Shown piece after piece: positions 1 through 8,523 of a stretch of 24,000 bases of DNA; within the stretch, counting starts at the first letter, position 1, and each line of letters opens with the position of its first letter. Made by a program: the position numbers and the translations under genes. The stretch comes from Leifsonia tongyongensis (GTDB taxonomy: Bacteria > Actinomycetota > Actinomycetes > Actinomycetales > Microbacteriaceae). The notes under the pieces were generated by a model. The model searched no databases and was not told the origin of the DNA. It saw nothing but the letters and a program-made list of their open reading frames with translations. The stretch spans positions 1 through 24,000 of the forward strand of contig NZ_JAAGWY010000002.1 of the NCBI RefSeq assembly GCF_010686705.1, given 5' to 3'.

Positions 1-19
1 CCCCCCCCCCCCCCCCCCC
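1..19. repeat. C19 homopolymer at the extreme 5' edge of the window
   Basis: 19 consecutive C followed by A at position 20, read directly. The position at the sequence edge suggests a contig-end or sequencing artefact rather than biology. Confidence 0.95.
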
Positions 20-69
20 ACCACTCTTGCCCTCACAAACGGCACCGCAACCGCAGCAAGAGGTAGGGC

Positions 70-390
70 ATGGTTATCGTGCGTTGTGATGAAAGGGCGG
101 AGGCAGACTTTCTGCGACGTTCGCGTGACGGGCTTCCTTGGCTGGCAGCCGAAGCTGTCTGCTCGGCGTTACGATGCGGTATGGCTTCGTTCATGCAGCG
201 TGTTCGACACGCGGTATATGGTGGCGGGGATCCGGCCAATGTGTCGGATGCGATCCGCAACGTTGGTCAGATTGGAATGCTCGGACACCCCGCTGATCCG
301 GAGCCGTTCCGTGGGGTCGTCGCCGAGACTGCTGAGCTCGATCCCGACGAGCTTCCGTGGGAGTTGCGCGACGACAAGCCCTCGGCCTAG
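70..390 (+). CDS. Hypothetical protein (weak call, start uncertain)
   Basis: 106-aa ORF with G-rich first codon positions and moderately GC-rich third positions. No recognisable motif. An antisense ORF (169..423) competes with it. Confidence 0.3.
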   Translation: MVIVRCDERAEADFLRRSRDGLPWLAAEAVCSALRCGMASFMQRVRHAVYGGGDPANVSDAIRNVGQIGMLGHPADPEPFRGVVAETAELDPDELPWELRDDKPSA

Positions 391-480
391 TCCGCGTACC
401 TCTTCCGCTCTAGTGATTCGCACGCGGCTGCACGATTCCTGTGTTTGCGCCTTGTTGTAGACATGACCGCGGTGCAGTCA

Positions 481-1647
481 TCACTCGAGGCGAGACAGTG
501 CGTCCTCGCGGTGGCGAGGAAGTCGCGCGAGATCGTTCTCGTCGATTCCGAGTTGCACGTAGAGGCGGTGCAGTGATGCGATCACTGCACCGATCGCCCC
601 GGAGAATTCCCCGAGCTCACTGAGTCGCAGACTCGGTCCGGAGCCCAGATTGTCGCGAAGCGCAGCTTCGAGTTGGGGGAGATCGGGTGCAAGAGATCGT
701 GAGATCCCGCCGCCCAGGACGATGACCTCGGGCTCGCAACTCACGACGGCGGCGGCGAGCACGATCAGGAGGGCCTGGTCGAAGCTTTGGCGGAGCTTGC
801 GAACGGCCCTGTCGTCCGAGGGGAGGAAAAGGTCTGCGGGACTGGGTAATGCGATTCCCAGTTCCGCGGCGTGACGCATGATTCCGGGGCCGGTAACCAT
901 ATTCTCGAGAGGCGTGCCCAGCGGTCCAACCGGAAGCTGCCCGAATTCGCCGACCAGTCCGTAGCGACCGCGCAACAGCTTGCCTTCTATCGAGATACCT
1001 GCACCCAGCCCGGCGCCGATCGTCAGCATCACGGCGGTCGACGCCTCCCGGGCGGCCCCGTACCGTTGCTCGCCCATCAGCGCGTAGTTCGCGTCGTTGT
1101 CGATGCCGAGCTGTGTATCTGCGATCCGCTCGAGAGCGTCGAAGAACCCCGGCCGCTCGACGACGGCCAGGTTCGGGGCGTTCGTCACCGAGTGATTCTG
1201 CAGGTGAACCGCGCCCGGCAGCCCAACGGATACTCGCGACAGGGACACGGACAAACGCGCCGCGTCGGAGGCCAGCTCTCCGGCGAGCCAGGACACCAGG
1301 TCGTCGGCACCAAGGTCGGTCGGCGTGGGAACAGAACGCGCAGAGATCACCGTGCACACTGCGTCCGCCACCACGATTCTCGTATTCGAAGCGCCGAGGT
1401 CGACGCCTGCGACATACGCGCGGTCAGGAACAATTTCCAGCGCTGTTGCCGGACGCCCACGACTGCCCTGGACGGGGGAGTCAATCTCTCGAGCCAGGCC
1501 TTCGGCGATCAGGCCTTCCACGCTGCGTGAGACTGTCGCGTTCGACAGGCCTGTCGCAGACGCGAGGTCGGCGCGACGCGTCGGGTAAGTCGCAAAGAGT
1601 TCGCCGAGAACCGCGCTGCGATTTGATTCTCTAACCTCGGGCACCAC
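481..1647 (-). CDS. ROK-family transcriptional regulator (N-terminal wHTH plus sugar-kinase-like sensor domain)
   Basis: The N-terminus (RSAVLGELF...RADLASATGLSNATVSRSVEGLIAEGL) is typical of NagC/XylR-type ROK repressors. The core carries VDLGASN, IDNDANYA and GAGLGAGI ROK motifs. GTG start, divergent from the kinase operon. Confidence 0.85.
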   Translation of the reverse strand: MVPEVRESNRSAVLGELFATYPTRRADLASATGLSNATVSRSVEGLIAEGLAREIDSPVQGSRGRPATALEIVPDRAYVAGVDLGASNTRIVVADAVCTVISARSVPTPTDLGADDLVSWLAGELASDAARLSVSLSRVSVGLPGAVHLQNHSVTNAPNLAVVERPGFFDALERIADTQLGIDNDANYALMGEQRYGAAREASTAVMLTIGAGLGAGISIEGKLLRGRYGLVGEFGQLPVGPLGTPLENMVTGPGIMRHAAELGIALPSPADLFLPSDDRAVRKLRQSFDQALLIVLAAAVVSCEPEVIVLGGGISRSLAPDLPQLEAALRDNLGSGPSLRLSELGEFSGAIGAVIASLHRLYVQLGIDENDLARLPRHREDALSRLE

Positions 1648-1741
1648 TGGCCTTTCTGATCACCGTGCAAGTAAAGATATCCCATGAGCCCACGAATTCG
1701 CATGAAATTCAAGGAAATGTGGGGCTGATACCAGAACATAG

Positions 1742-1770
1742 TTGACACGACGCGTCCAGATATCTATATT
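1742..1770 (+). promoter_or_regulatory. Near-consensus sigma70-type promoter for the ROK-kinase operon
   Basis: TTGACA (1742-1747), a 17-nt spacer, then TATATT (1765-1770), in an AT-rich divergent intergenic region. It lies about 48 nt upstream of the GTG at 1818, which has a GAGGAGG RBS (1805-1811). The palindrome AGATATCT (1758-1765) sits in the spacer. Confidence 0.6.
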
Positions 1771-1817
1771 TCCATTCAGGCTGCAAAAAAAGCGGCAAGC
1801 GTGCGAGGAGGCAAGCC

Positions 1818-2753
1818 GTGACCGTTTACGTCAGCGGAATCGATATCGGCGGAACGAAGACCGTCGGGGTGCTTGCCGACGAACGAGGACGTATTGTGGC
1901 CAGGAAGCTCGTTCCCACGTCCGAACGCGGAAGCCGCATCGTAGACCAGGTCGACACACTGTTCTCGGACCTCATCGCGGAGGCTGGCGTGTGCCGCGAG
2001 GCAGTAGCTCGGACCGTTGTAGGTATTGCCGGCGTCGCTGGGCCGGACGGATCCGTGCGACATGCACCGAACCTCCAACCACTCGAAGTCGCCGAGGACC
2101 TCGAGTTGGGATCCCTTCTTGCTGACCGGCTCGGCCATCAGGTCAGGATCGAGAACGATGTGAACTTGGCGGCGCTGGCTGAACTGGCGAACGGGGCGAG
2201 CATGCCATCCAGCTCGTTTGTCTTCATCGCCGTCGGCACAGGCATCGGAATGGGAATCGTCGTCGACGGCGCCCTCATCACGGGGGCACATGGTGCGGCT
2301 GGCGAGATCGGTCTCCTTCCTTTCGGTACGGACCCTCTTGACACGACGAACCACCATCGTGGTGCGCTGGAAGAGGCGACCGCGGGATCGACGGTCGGTG
2401 ACCGCTACCGAGCGTTGACAGGAACCTCCCGCTCGATGGGGGAAGTGCTCGAACTTGCGCTGCGCGGCGACGAGGCCGCCGCGCTCGTGCTGGACGGGCA
2501 GGCGAAGCACACGGCGCAGGCGATCGCAGCAGTCGTCGCCGTCCTCGACCCCGCCTGTGTCGTCCTCGGGGGCGGCATCGGTCTGCTCTCCGAACTTCTG
2601 GGCCCGATCAAGACCTGGCTCGGCCGATTCGGGTTTCCTCGTGTCGACATTCGCCTGAGTCGGGCCGGAAGAGACGCTGCAGCCATCGGAGCCGTCCGCC
2701 TCGCCCTGCAACAACTCGACCGCAGTCGCCAAACCGAATCCGCTCTCGCCTGA
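1818..2753 (+). CDS. ROK-family sugar kinase
   Basis: DIGGTKT phosphate-1 motif at the N-terminus, plus ENDVNLAA and GTGIGMGIV ROK motifs. It has no HTH domain. Strong RBS upstream. Confidence 0.8.
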   Translation: MTVYVSGIDIGGTKTVGVLADERGRIVARKLVPTSERGSRIVDQVDTLFSDLIAEAGVCREAVARTVVGIAGVAGPDGSVRHAPNLQPLEVAEDLELGSLLADRLGHQVRIENDVNLAALAELANGASMPSSSFVFIAVGTGIGMGIVVDGALITGAHGAAGEIGLLPFGTDPLDTTNHHRGALEEATAGSTVGDRYRALTGTSRSMGEVLELALRGDEAAALVLDGQAKHTAQAIAAVVAVLDPACVVLGGGIGLLSELLGPIKTWLGRFGFPRVDIRLSRAGRDAAAIGAVRLALQQLDRSRQTESALA

Positions 2754-2763
2754 AAGGGCCACC

Positions 2764-4008
2764 ATGTTCCTCGAACTGCTTCGCCGACGTAACAACTCGT
2801 TCCTTCAGTCCGCCGCAGACCTGCATCGAAAGGGTGAACTTCCGCCCAACTGCTATGCGATCGACCTCGATGCGGTCTCGCGCAATGCGACGGCCATCCG
2901 TCGGGAAGCGGATCGCCTCAACCTCAAGGCCTTCGCCATGGTCAAGCAGATCGGCCGGAATCCCGACGTCTCAGCCGCCCTCGTCCGGGCGGGAATCACG
3001 CACTCCGTCGGTGTCGATCTCGAGTGCACGATCGCGGCCGCCTCAGGGGGTCTAGCCGCTGGCCACATGGGCCACCTCGTGCAGATTCCTCGGCACCAGG
3101 CCGCGATCGCTGCGTCGTTCGCCCCGCTGTATTGGACCGTGTTCAATGAAACGAAAGCCCGGGAAGCGGCCGCGGCGACCGAGCGTCTCGGCCGAGTGCA
3201 GAACCTCATGGCGCGCGTCGTCGGCAAGGGGGACGTCTTCTATCCCGGCCACGAAGGTGGTTTCGACGTGGCATCGATCGTTCGGGTAGCCAATGAGATC
3301 GACGGGATGCGCGGTGCGCGCTTCGCGGGAATCACAACGTTCCCTGCATCCCTGTTCGATGTCCAGGCGAGGACGGTGCGGACCACTCCCAATCTGGAGA
3401 CCCTTCGCCAGGCGAGCGCCGAGCTACGCAAAGCCGGCCGAACTGATATCGAGATCAATGCGCCCGGGACGACCTCGGTCGCGATGCTCGAGCCTCTCGC
3501 TGAGGCGGGCGCCACCCAGGTAGAGCCCGGACACGGTCTCACTGGTACAACGCCGTGGCACGCGGTCGAAGACCTCGAGGAAGAGCCTGCGATCGCTTAC
3601 ATCACAGAGGTCTCGCATCTCTGGGATGACAAGGCCTTCGTCTTCGGCGGCGGTCTCTACGTCGACCCCGTGCTCGCCGATCAGCCGCGAACGACCGCCA
3701 TCGTGGTCACCGGTGACGAGACCGTCGCGCAGTCGGCGGCGCTGGAGGTGGACATGCCTTCGCCATCCGCCATCGACTACTACGCCAAGGTCGACATCTC
3801 GGGCCGTCAGGATGTGCGACCAGGCGACACCGTGATCTTCGGATTCCGGCCGCAGGTCTTCGTCACCCGCGGACTGACCGCCGCGATCTCGGGTGTCTCG
3901 AAAGGCACCCCGAAGGTCGAGGGGATCTGGTCGTCCAACGGTTCTCGACCGATCGATCCGGCAGACGCGCTCCAGGCGATCGCCGCGGCGAAGGGCACTG
4001 ACCGATGA
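2764..4008 (+). CDS. YhfX-like PLP-binding protein (alanine-racemase N-terminal-fold family; putative amino-acid/amino-sugar racemase or related)
   Basis: The N-terminus (MFLELLRRRN...LHRKGELPPNCYAIDLDAV...LKAFAMVKQIGRNP...GHLVQIP) matches my recollection of E. coli YhfX-family proteins, including the putative PLP lysine in MVKQ. Its stop overlaps the next start (ATGA at 4005-4008). Confidence 0.6.
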   Translation: MFLELLRRRNNSFLQSAADLHRKGELPPNCYAIDLDAVSRNATAIRREADRLNLKAFAMVKQIGRNPDVSAALVRAGITHSVGVDLECTIAAASGGLAAGHMGHLVQIPRHQAAIAASFAPLYWTVFNETKAREAAAATERLGRVQNLMARVVGKGDVFYPGHEGGFDVASIVRVANEIDGMRGARFAGITTFPASLFDVQARTVRTTPNLETLRQASAELRKAGRTDIEINAPGTTSVAMLEPLAEAGATQVEPGHGLTGTTPWHAVEDLEEEPAIAYITEVSHLWDDKAFVFGGGLYVDPVLADQPRTTAIVVTGDETVAQSAALEVDMPSPSAIDYYAKVDISGRQDVRPGDTVIFGFRPQVFVTRGLTAAISGVSKGTPKVEGIWSSNGSRPIDPADALQAIAAAKGTDR

Positions 4009-5084
4009 GCGACGCACTGATCACCGAGCCCGGGATGCACATTTCCGCGGAAATCGCGGAGCAGCCCGCCCGCTGGATCGACGTGGTGACCACTCAAGAG
4101 GGACCACTCGACGTCGCTGCCGAAATCCTCCGTCAGGCACGGCCCGGCTTCGTCGTGCTTGTGGCCCGCGGCACCAGTGACCACGCGGCGCTGTACGGTC
4201 AGTATCTCCTCGAGGGGCTGCTCGGCGTGCCGGTTGCCCTCGCCACCCCTAGTGTGCGCCGCAACGATAGCCAGAGCATCTACCACCGTGCGATGGCCGT
4301 GGTCGCACTGTCCCAGTCGGGGAGCTCTCCGGATCTCGTCGCCACCGTGCAGGATGCGCGGTCTGCGGGCGTGCCGACGATCGCGTTCACCAACGACACC
4401 TCGAGCGCTCTCGCTACTGCGGCAGCCGTGCACGTGGATCTCAGTGCGGGCCCCGAACTCTCCGTTGCCGCCACCAAGAGCTATACGGCCGAACTCATTG
4501 CCCTCTACGCCTGGATCAACCGCGCAGCGGACGTCGGATGGACCGAACTCCAGCGCAGTGTTCAGGATCTTGCGGATGCCGCACGAGGCGTGATCACGTC
4601 GTCTGCGCAGATCGCGCGCAGCCTCTCCGACGAGCTCCGCGATACCGACCGCGCGCTCGTCATCGGTCGAGGCCTCTCGATGGCGACCGCGCGGGAGGCC
4701 GCGCTCAAGCTGATGGAGACCTCGATGCTCCCGGCTTCCGGGTGGAGCGCGGCCGATGCGAAACACGGCCCGCTCGGCCAGGTCGTCGAAGGCACCCCCG
4801 TCTTCCTGCTGAACCGGATCACCCGCGGCCGCGCCTCCGTGGAGGACCTGATCCCGCTCCTCGCGGCCAAAGGGGCCCGCATTCATGCTCTGGCCGCGAC
4901 CGCGGGCAGCAAACACTTATCACCTAGCCCGCTGACGGACGTCATGCCGACGACCATCCCAGACGACCTGGTTCCGATGCTCGAGATCATCCCTTTTCAG
5001 CAGCTCGCACGCGAACTCGCGCTTCACCGCGGGCTGAACCCTGACGCACCGGCAGGGCTGAGCAAAATCACCCGGACACTCTAA
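4005..5084 (+). CDS. Double-SIS-domain sugar-phosphate isomerase/deglycase (GlmS C-terminal-like; FrlB/AgaS/NagB-II class)
   Basis: ARGTSDHAALYG (SIS-1 GTSxHA motif) and GRGLSMATAREAALKLMETS...KHGPL (SIS-2, GlmS-like). Length 359 aa. Translationally coupled to the upstream gene. Confidence 0.8.
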   Translation: MSDALITEPGMHISAEIAEQPARWIDVVTTQEGPLDVAAEILRQARPGFVVLVARGTSDHAALYGQYLLEGLLGVPVALATPSVRRNDSQSIYHRAMAVVALSQSGSSPDLVATVQDARSAGVPTIAFTNDTSSALATAAAVHVDLSAGPELSVAATKSYTAELIALYAWINRAADVGWTELQRSVQDLADAARGVITSSAQIARSLSDELRDTDRALVIGRGLSMATAREAALKLMETSMLPASGWSAADAKHGPLGQVVEGTPVFLLNRITRGRASVEDLIPLLAAKGARIHALAATAGSKHLSPSPLTDVMPTTIPDDLVPMLEIIPFQQLARELALHRGLNPDAPAGLSKITRTL

Positions 5085-5124
5085 GAGACCAGAGCGCTCC
5101 CGAACACAGAAAGGTAGTCCCGTA

Positions 5125-6579
5125 ATGTCCGCTCCAGAAAAACTCAAAGCTCCGGGAAAGACCAGTTCGCTCAAACGCAACAGCCTGACAATCGTCGGGT
5201 CGGTCGCCATGTGCATGGCTTTCATGGGCCCCGCGACCAGTGTCGCGTTCAACACGAATCCAGCTGCAGCCGGAGCGGGATTCGCCCTGCCCCTCTCGAT
5301 CGTTCTCGCACTGGTGGCCTGCCTCTTACTGGCCAACACGATTGCGCAGTTCGCGCGAAAGCTGCCGACCTCAGGCTTCGCGTACACCTTCAACACGCAC
5401 GGCTTCGGACACTCGGGCGGATTCCTCTCGGGCTGGCTGCTCCTGCTCAGCTACGGGATGCTCGCGCCGATGCTGCTCTCGGCGATCGGCACCTACAGCT
5501 CGGGCTTCCTGCACGACCAGTTCAATATCAACATCCCGTGGCAGGCGATGGCGCTGATCTTCGGAGCGATCGTCTGGGGCATCAACGCATCCGGTGTCTC
5601 GGAGTCGGCCAAGACTGCGCTCATCTTCCTCGTCATCGAGGTCGGCGTGATCCTCGGCCTCGTCGGGACGATTCTCGGCCACGGCGGAGCGGAAGGCCTG
5701 TCGTTCGGGCCGTTCAATCCGGCGAACTCCCTCCACGGGATCGGCGGACTAGGGACCGGCATGCTGTGGGGGATCCTGATGTTCATCGGGTTCGAGTCGG
5801 TCGCGACCCTCGGCGAAGAGGCGAAGTCGCCGAAGCGCACGATTCCTATCGCGCTGTTCACGGCCGTGATCGTGATCGGCATCTTCTACGTGCTGTCCGC
5901 CTACGGTGCGGCCATCGGGTTCGGACAATCTCACGCCGAGGCGTTCGCTGCCGACACGAACCCGTGGGGCACACTGGCGACGAAGTTCTGGGGTGCGAGC
6001 TGGGCGCTTGTCCTCACCGTCCTGGCCAGCCAGTTCGCGAACTTCGTGTCCGGCACGAACGCGGTCGTCCGCGTCATCTTCTCGATGGGACGAGAAGGAA
6101 TCCTCCCCAAGATCCTCGGACGCACCAGCAAACGCCAGATTCCCCACATCGCCCTTGGTGCGTACATGATCTTCGGTCTCGTCTTCGTCTTCGTGCTGGG
6201 AGCGTTTCTTGACCCGCTGGTGATCTACGGGTTCTGCGGGACGATCCTCGGCCTGGGAATGATCATCATCTACATCCTGATGAGCCTCTCGGTCATCCGC
6301 TTCTATCTTCGCGAGCACCCCAGCGAGTTTCGAATCGGGCGACATGCCGTCCTGCCGATCATCACGGCGATTCTGATGCTCTTGCCGGTGTACGGACAGG
6401 TCTCGCCTGTGCCACCCTTCCCGAACAATCTGGTGCCATACATCGTCATCATCTGGATGCTGGCCGGCACGGCCTACCTGATCTATCTGAAGCGCAAGGG
6501 GAAAGACCTCATCGAGGCGATGGGACGGGTATTCGAAGACACCCCCGAGACAGTCGCACCGAGTTCAGCCACCGAATGA
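5125..6579 (+). CDS. APC-superfamily amino-acid/polyamine-type permease
   Basis: 484 aa with about 12 hydrophobic segments. The FIGFES...GEEAK.P.R.IP motif is typical of APC amino-acid permeases. Confidence 0.8.
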   Translation: MSAPEKLKAPGKTSSLKRNSLTIVGSVAMCMAFMGPATSVAFNTNPAAAGAGFALPLSIVLALVACLLLANTIAQFARKLPTSGFAYTFNTHGFGHSGGFLSGWLLLLSYGMLAPMLLSAIGTYSSGFLHDQFNINIPWQAMALIFGAIVWGINASGVSESAKTALIFLVIEVGVILGLVGTILGHGGAEGLSFGPFNPANSLHGIGGLGTGMLWGILMFIGFESVATLGEEAKSPKRTIPIALFTAVIVIGIFYVLSAYGAAIGFGQSHAEAFAADTNPWGTLATKFWGASWALVLTVLASQFANFVSGTNAVVRVIFSMGREGILPKILGRTSKRQIPHIALGAYMIFGLVFVFVLGAFLDPLVIYGFCGTILGLGMIIIYILMSLSVIRFYLREHPSEFRIGRHAVLPIITAILMLLPVYGQVSPVPPFPNNLVPYIVIIWMLAGTAYLIYLKRKGKDLIEAMGRVFEDTPETVAPSSATE

Positions 6580-6586
6580 GCGAGCC

Positions 6587-6630
6587 GACGCTGAACGGGT
6601 GAGCCGACTCTCCTTCACCCGTTCAGCGTC
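6587..6630 (+). terminator. Perfect 16-bp stem / 12-nt loop hairpin, 8 nt after the permease stop
   Basis: GACGCTGAACGGGTGA (6587-6602) pairs perfectly with TCACCCGTTCAGCGTC (6615-6630). There is no T-tract, which is common in actinobacterial terminators. Confidence 0.65.
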
Positions 6631-6815
6631 AGCAGAATCGACCCACCCCCGTCACAGAGTGACCTGCCTGCTGTCTAGCCACAGCCAGGCCACCATCGGG
6701 CAACTCGCCCTACGCCAGAAGCGCATGACTTGGGTTCTATCACTTCCGTGCTGAGGCCTTGGTTGGCACCGTGTGGAGGACGCGGCTCGCGGTTGAGGTG
6801 ATCAGCGCGGCTCCC

Positions 6816-6845
6816 TTGACAGCCATCGCTCCCCTTCCATACATT
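6816..6845 (+). promoter_or_regulatory. Candidate promoter of the ArsR operon
   Basis: TTGACA (6816-6821), an 18-nt spacer, then TACATT (6840-6845, fits TANNNT). Confidence 0.5.
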
Positions 6846-6863
6846 TAACGTACTCGTTAAATG
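6842..6863. promoter_or_regulatory. Perfect 9-4-9 AT-rich palindrome, candidate ArsR/SmtB operator
   Basis: CATTTAACG-TACT-CGTTAAATG read directly. It overlaps the -10 element and the first ATG of the ORF, and sits in an otherwise GC-rich genome. Confidence 0.6.
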
Positions 6864-6875
6864 ATGGAGGTTGGC

Positions 6876-7229
6876 GTGGACGGCACCGATCAGCTCAGCG
6901 CCGTTTTCTCGGCACTCGCAGACCCCACTCGGCGGGCGATCCTCGCCGAGTTGGCAGAGCGTGATGCCACGGTCACGGAGCTCACGGCGCCCTTCGCCAT
7001 CTCGATGCCGGCGATATCGCGACATCTCAAGACACTCGAACGTGCGACGCTCATCTCGCGGACGCGCTCAGGCAAGTGGCGCGCGAGCCATCTCGAAGCT
7101 GCCCCGCTTCGCGAGGCTGCCGACTGGATTGAGCGCTACCGGGAGTTCTGGGACTCGTCCCTCACGCGCCTCAATGCCCACCTAGCCACTGTGCAGGCCG
7201 CCGAACGCGCAACGAACCCGACGGACTGA
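6876..7229 (+). CDS. ArsR/SmtB-family transcriptional regulator
   Basis: FSALADPTRRAILAEL...VTELTAPFAISMPAISRHLKTLERATLI is a classic ArsR wHTH. I prefer the GTG at 6876 because GGAGG (6866-6870) is correctly spaced for it. The ORF-track ATG at 6861 lies inside the operator and has no RBS. Confidence 0.85.
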   Translation: MDGTDQLSAVFSALADPTRRAILAELAERDATVTELTAPFAISMPAISRHLKTLERATLISRTRSGKWRASHLEAAPLREAADWIERYREFWDSSLTRLNAHLATVQAAERATNPTD

Positions 7230-7275
7230 TACAACACAACGCCTATCGACACGTCTTGGACCACGAGGAGCCCTG

Positions 7276-7758
7276 ATGCAGACAGAAAGCCCGCAGATCG
7301 ATATCTCTCGCGCGATCGACGCGCCGCGGCAGCTCGTCTATCGAGCCTTCACCGATCCGGACCACTTCGTGGCTTGGTGGGGTCCGATCGGTAATTCGCT
7401 ACCGCGCAACGAGATCGAGTTCGACGTGCGGCCGGGCGGCTACCAACGATGGACGGAGGTCTCCGCTGCCGATCCCGACATACGGGTGCGCATCCATGTC
7501 GACCTCACAGACGTCACGGAAGGCGAGGTTGTCGACGGTGTCATGCACGTCACTGGCCAGCTGCCGGGTGGCGTTCAGCCGTTCGAGACGAGAATCCGAG
7601 TCGAGTTCTCCGACGAGGCCGACGGGCGAACGCGGCTCACGATTCGCCAGTGGCTCCCCAAACACCTGACGGGTCATGCCGAGCAGGGTTGGCTCGAAAC
7701 ATTGACCAAGCTGGACACCACACTGATCGGTCCCCAGACCTCTGTACCGAACACCTGA
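7276..7758 (+). CDS. SRPBCC/AHSA1 (Aha1-like) domain protein
   Basis: ISRAIDAPRQLVYRAFTDPDHFVAWWGP... is typical of the SRPBCC proteins that follow ArsR genes. GAGGAG RBS. Confidence 0.75.
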   Translation: MQTESPQIDISRAIDAPRQLVYRAFTDPDHFVAWWGPIGNSLPRNEIEFDVRPGGYQRWTEVSAADPDIRVRIHVDLTDVTEGEVVDGVMHVTGQLPGGVQPFETRIRVEFSDEADGRTRLTIRQWLPKHLTGHAEQGWLETLTKLDTTLIGPQTSVPNT

Positions 7759-7776
7759 TTGAGGGAGCCTGACACG

Positions 7777-8340
7777 ATGCGGAAACTTGGCTACGGCATG
7801 AACGTGAGTCTGGATGGCTACATCGCCGCGCCCGGCGACGACCTCGGCTGGAGCATGCCGAGCGATGAGTTGTTCCAGTGGTGGTCCGATCGAGTGGACG
7901 CTACGGGCCTGGCGCTCTATGGACGCAAGGTGTGGGAGACGATGTGCTCCCACTGGCCGGACGCAGACAGGCAGCCGGGCGCCACACCGGAGGTGATCGA
8001 GTTCGCCGACCGATGGCGGGACATGCCGAAGGTAGTGTTCTCGTCTACGACCCTCACGGTCGACTGGAACGCCCGTCTGGTCACAGACGACGCGGTCACC
8101 GAAATCACCCGCCTCAAGTCCGACGACGGCCACCCCATGGACATCAGCGGTGCCACGCTCGCCGCGGCGGCCATGCGGGCGGGGCTGATCGACGAGTACG
8201 CGGTTGTCACGCATCCGGTACTGGTGGGCGGTGGCACGCCGTTCTTCACAGCCCTGGACAACTGGGTGAATCTGAGCCTGGTGGAGACGCGGACGTTTCC
8301 CGGCGGCGTGGTGCTGAGCAGGTACGAATCCCGGCGTTGA
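7777..8340 (+). CDS. Dihydrofolate-reductase-like (RibD C-terminal domain) family protein, paralogue 1
   Basis: MRKLGYGMNVSLDGYIAAPGDDLGW...YGRKVWE...HPVLVGGGTPFF. I prefer the ATG at 7777, which has a GAGGGAG RBS (7761-7767), over the TTG at 7759. Confidence 0.75.
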   Translation: MRKLGYGMNVSLDGYIAAPGDDLGWSMPSDELFQWWSDRVDATGLALYGRKVWETMCSHWPDADRQPGATPEVIEFADRWRDMPKVVFSSTTLTVDWNARLVTDDAVTEITRLKSDDGHPMDISGATLAAAAMRAGLIDEYAVVTHPVLVGGGTPFFTALDNWVNLSLVETRTFPGGVVLSRYESRR

Positions 8341-8431
8341 CTCCCCGCCGGCGTGCAGGAGCTTGTACATGCATCGACTTATGGCTCACACTGGTTTCGT
8401 GATGTGAGCGGTGGCCATATTGGAGCGGTCC

Positions 8432-8509
8432 GTGTCAACCTCGACGTACCACCACGGGAATCTGAGTGCGGCGCTGGTGCGCGCCTCGCTTGATATCGCG
8501 GGCCGGTAG
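8432..8509 (+). pseudogene. 5' remnant of a TetR-family regulator gene (25 codons then TAG)
   Basis: GTG with an upstream GGAG, encoding VSTSTYHHGNLSAALVRASLDIAGR*. The YHHGNL(R)xAL(L/V)xAxLxL string is a very common TetR N-terminus. The reading frame stops 15 nt before the LAL start. Confidence 0.45.
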
Positions 8510-8523
8510 GGCCGGCGACGCTT

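Noticed and set aside
1776-4916. Long antisense ORFs over the kinase, YhfX and SIS genes (1776..2795, 3424..4017 and 3807..4916, minus strand)
   Set aside because: They overlap plus-strand genes that carry clear ROK, PLP and SIS motifs. Their products are Arg/Gly/Asp-rich low-information sequences typical of the antisense frame in high-GC DNA.
5211-6212. 333-aa alternative-frame plus-strand ORF inside the permease gene
   Set aside because: Its product is Arg/Pro-rich with no hydrophobic segments. The overlapping frame encodes a coherent 12-TM APC permease.
6631-6815. 185-bp unannotated spacer between the permease terminator and the ArsR promoter, examined for a tRNA, sRNA or small ORF
   Set aside because: It has no T-loop or anticodon-arm pattern. 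Only a 5-bp stem (GTCAC-AGA-GTGAC) is present, and there is no ORF with an RBS. Nothing here can be supported from sequence alone.
7399-8370. 323-aa minus-strand ORF spanning the SRPBCC and RibD_C genes
   Set aside because: It lies antisense to two genes with recognisable domains and proper RBSs, and it has no motif of its own.
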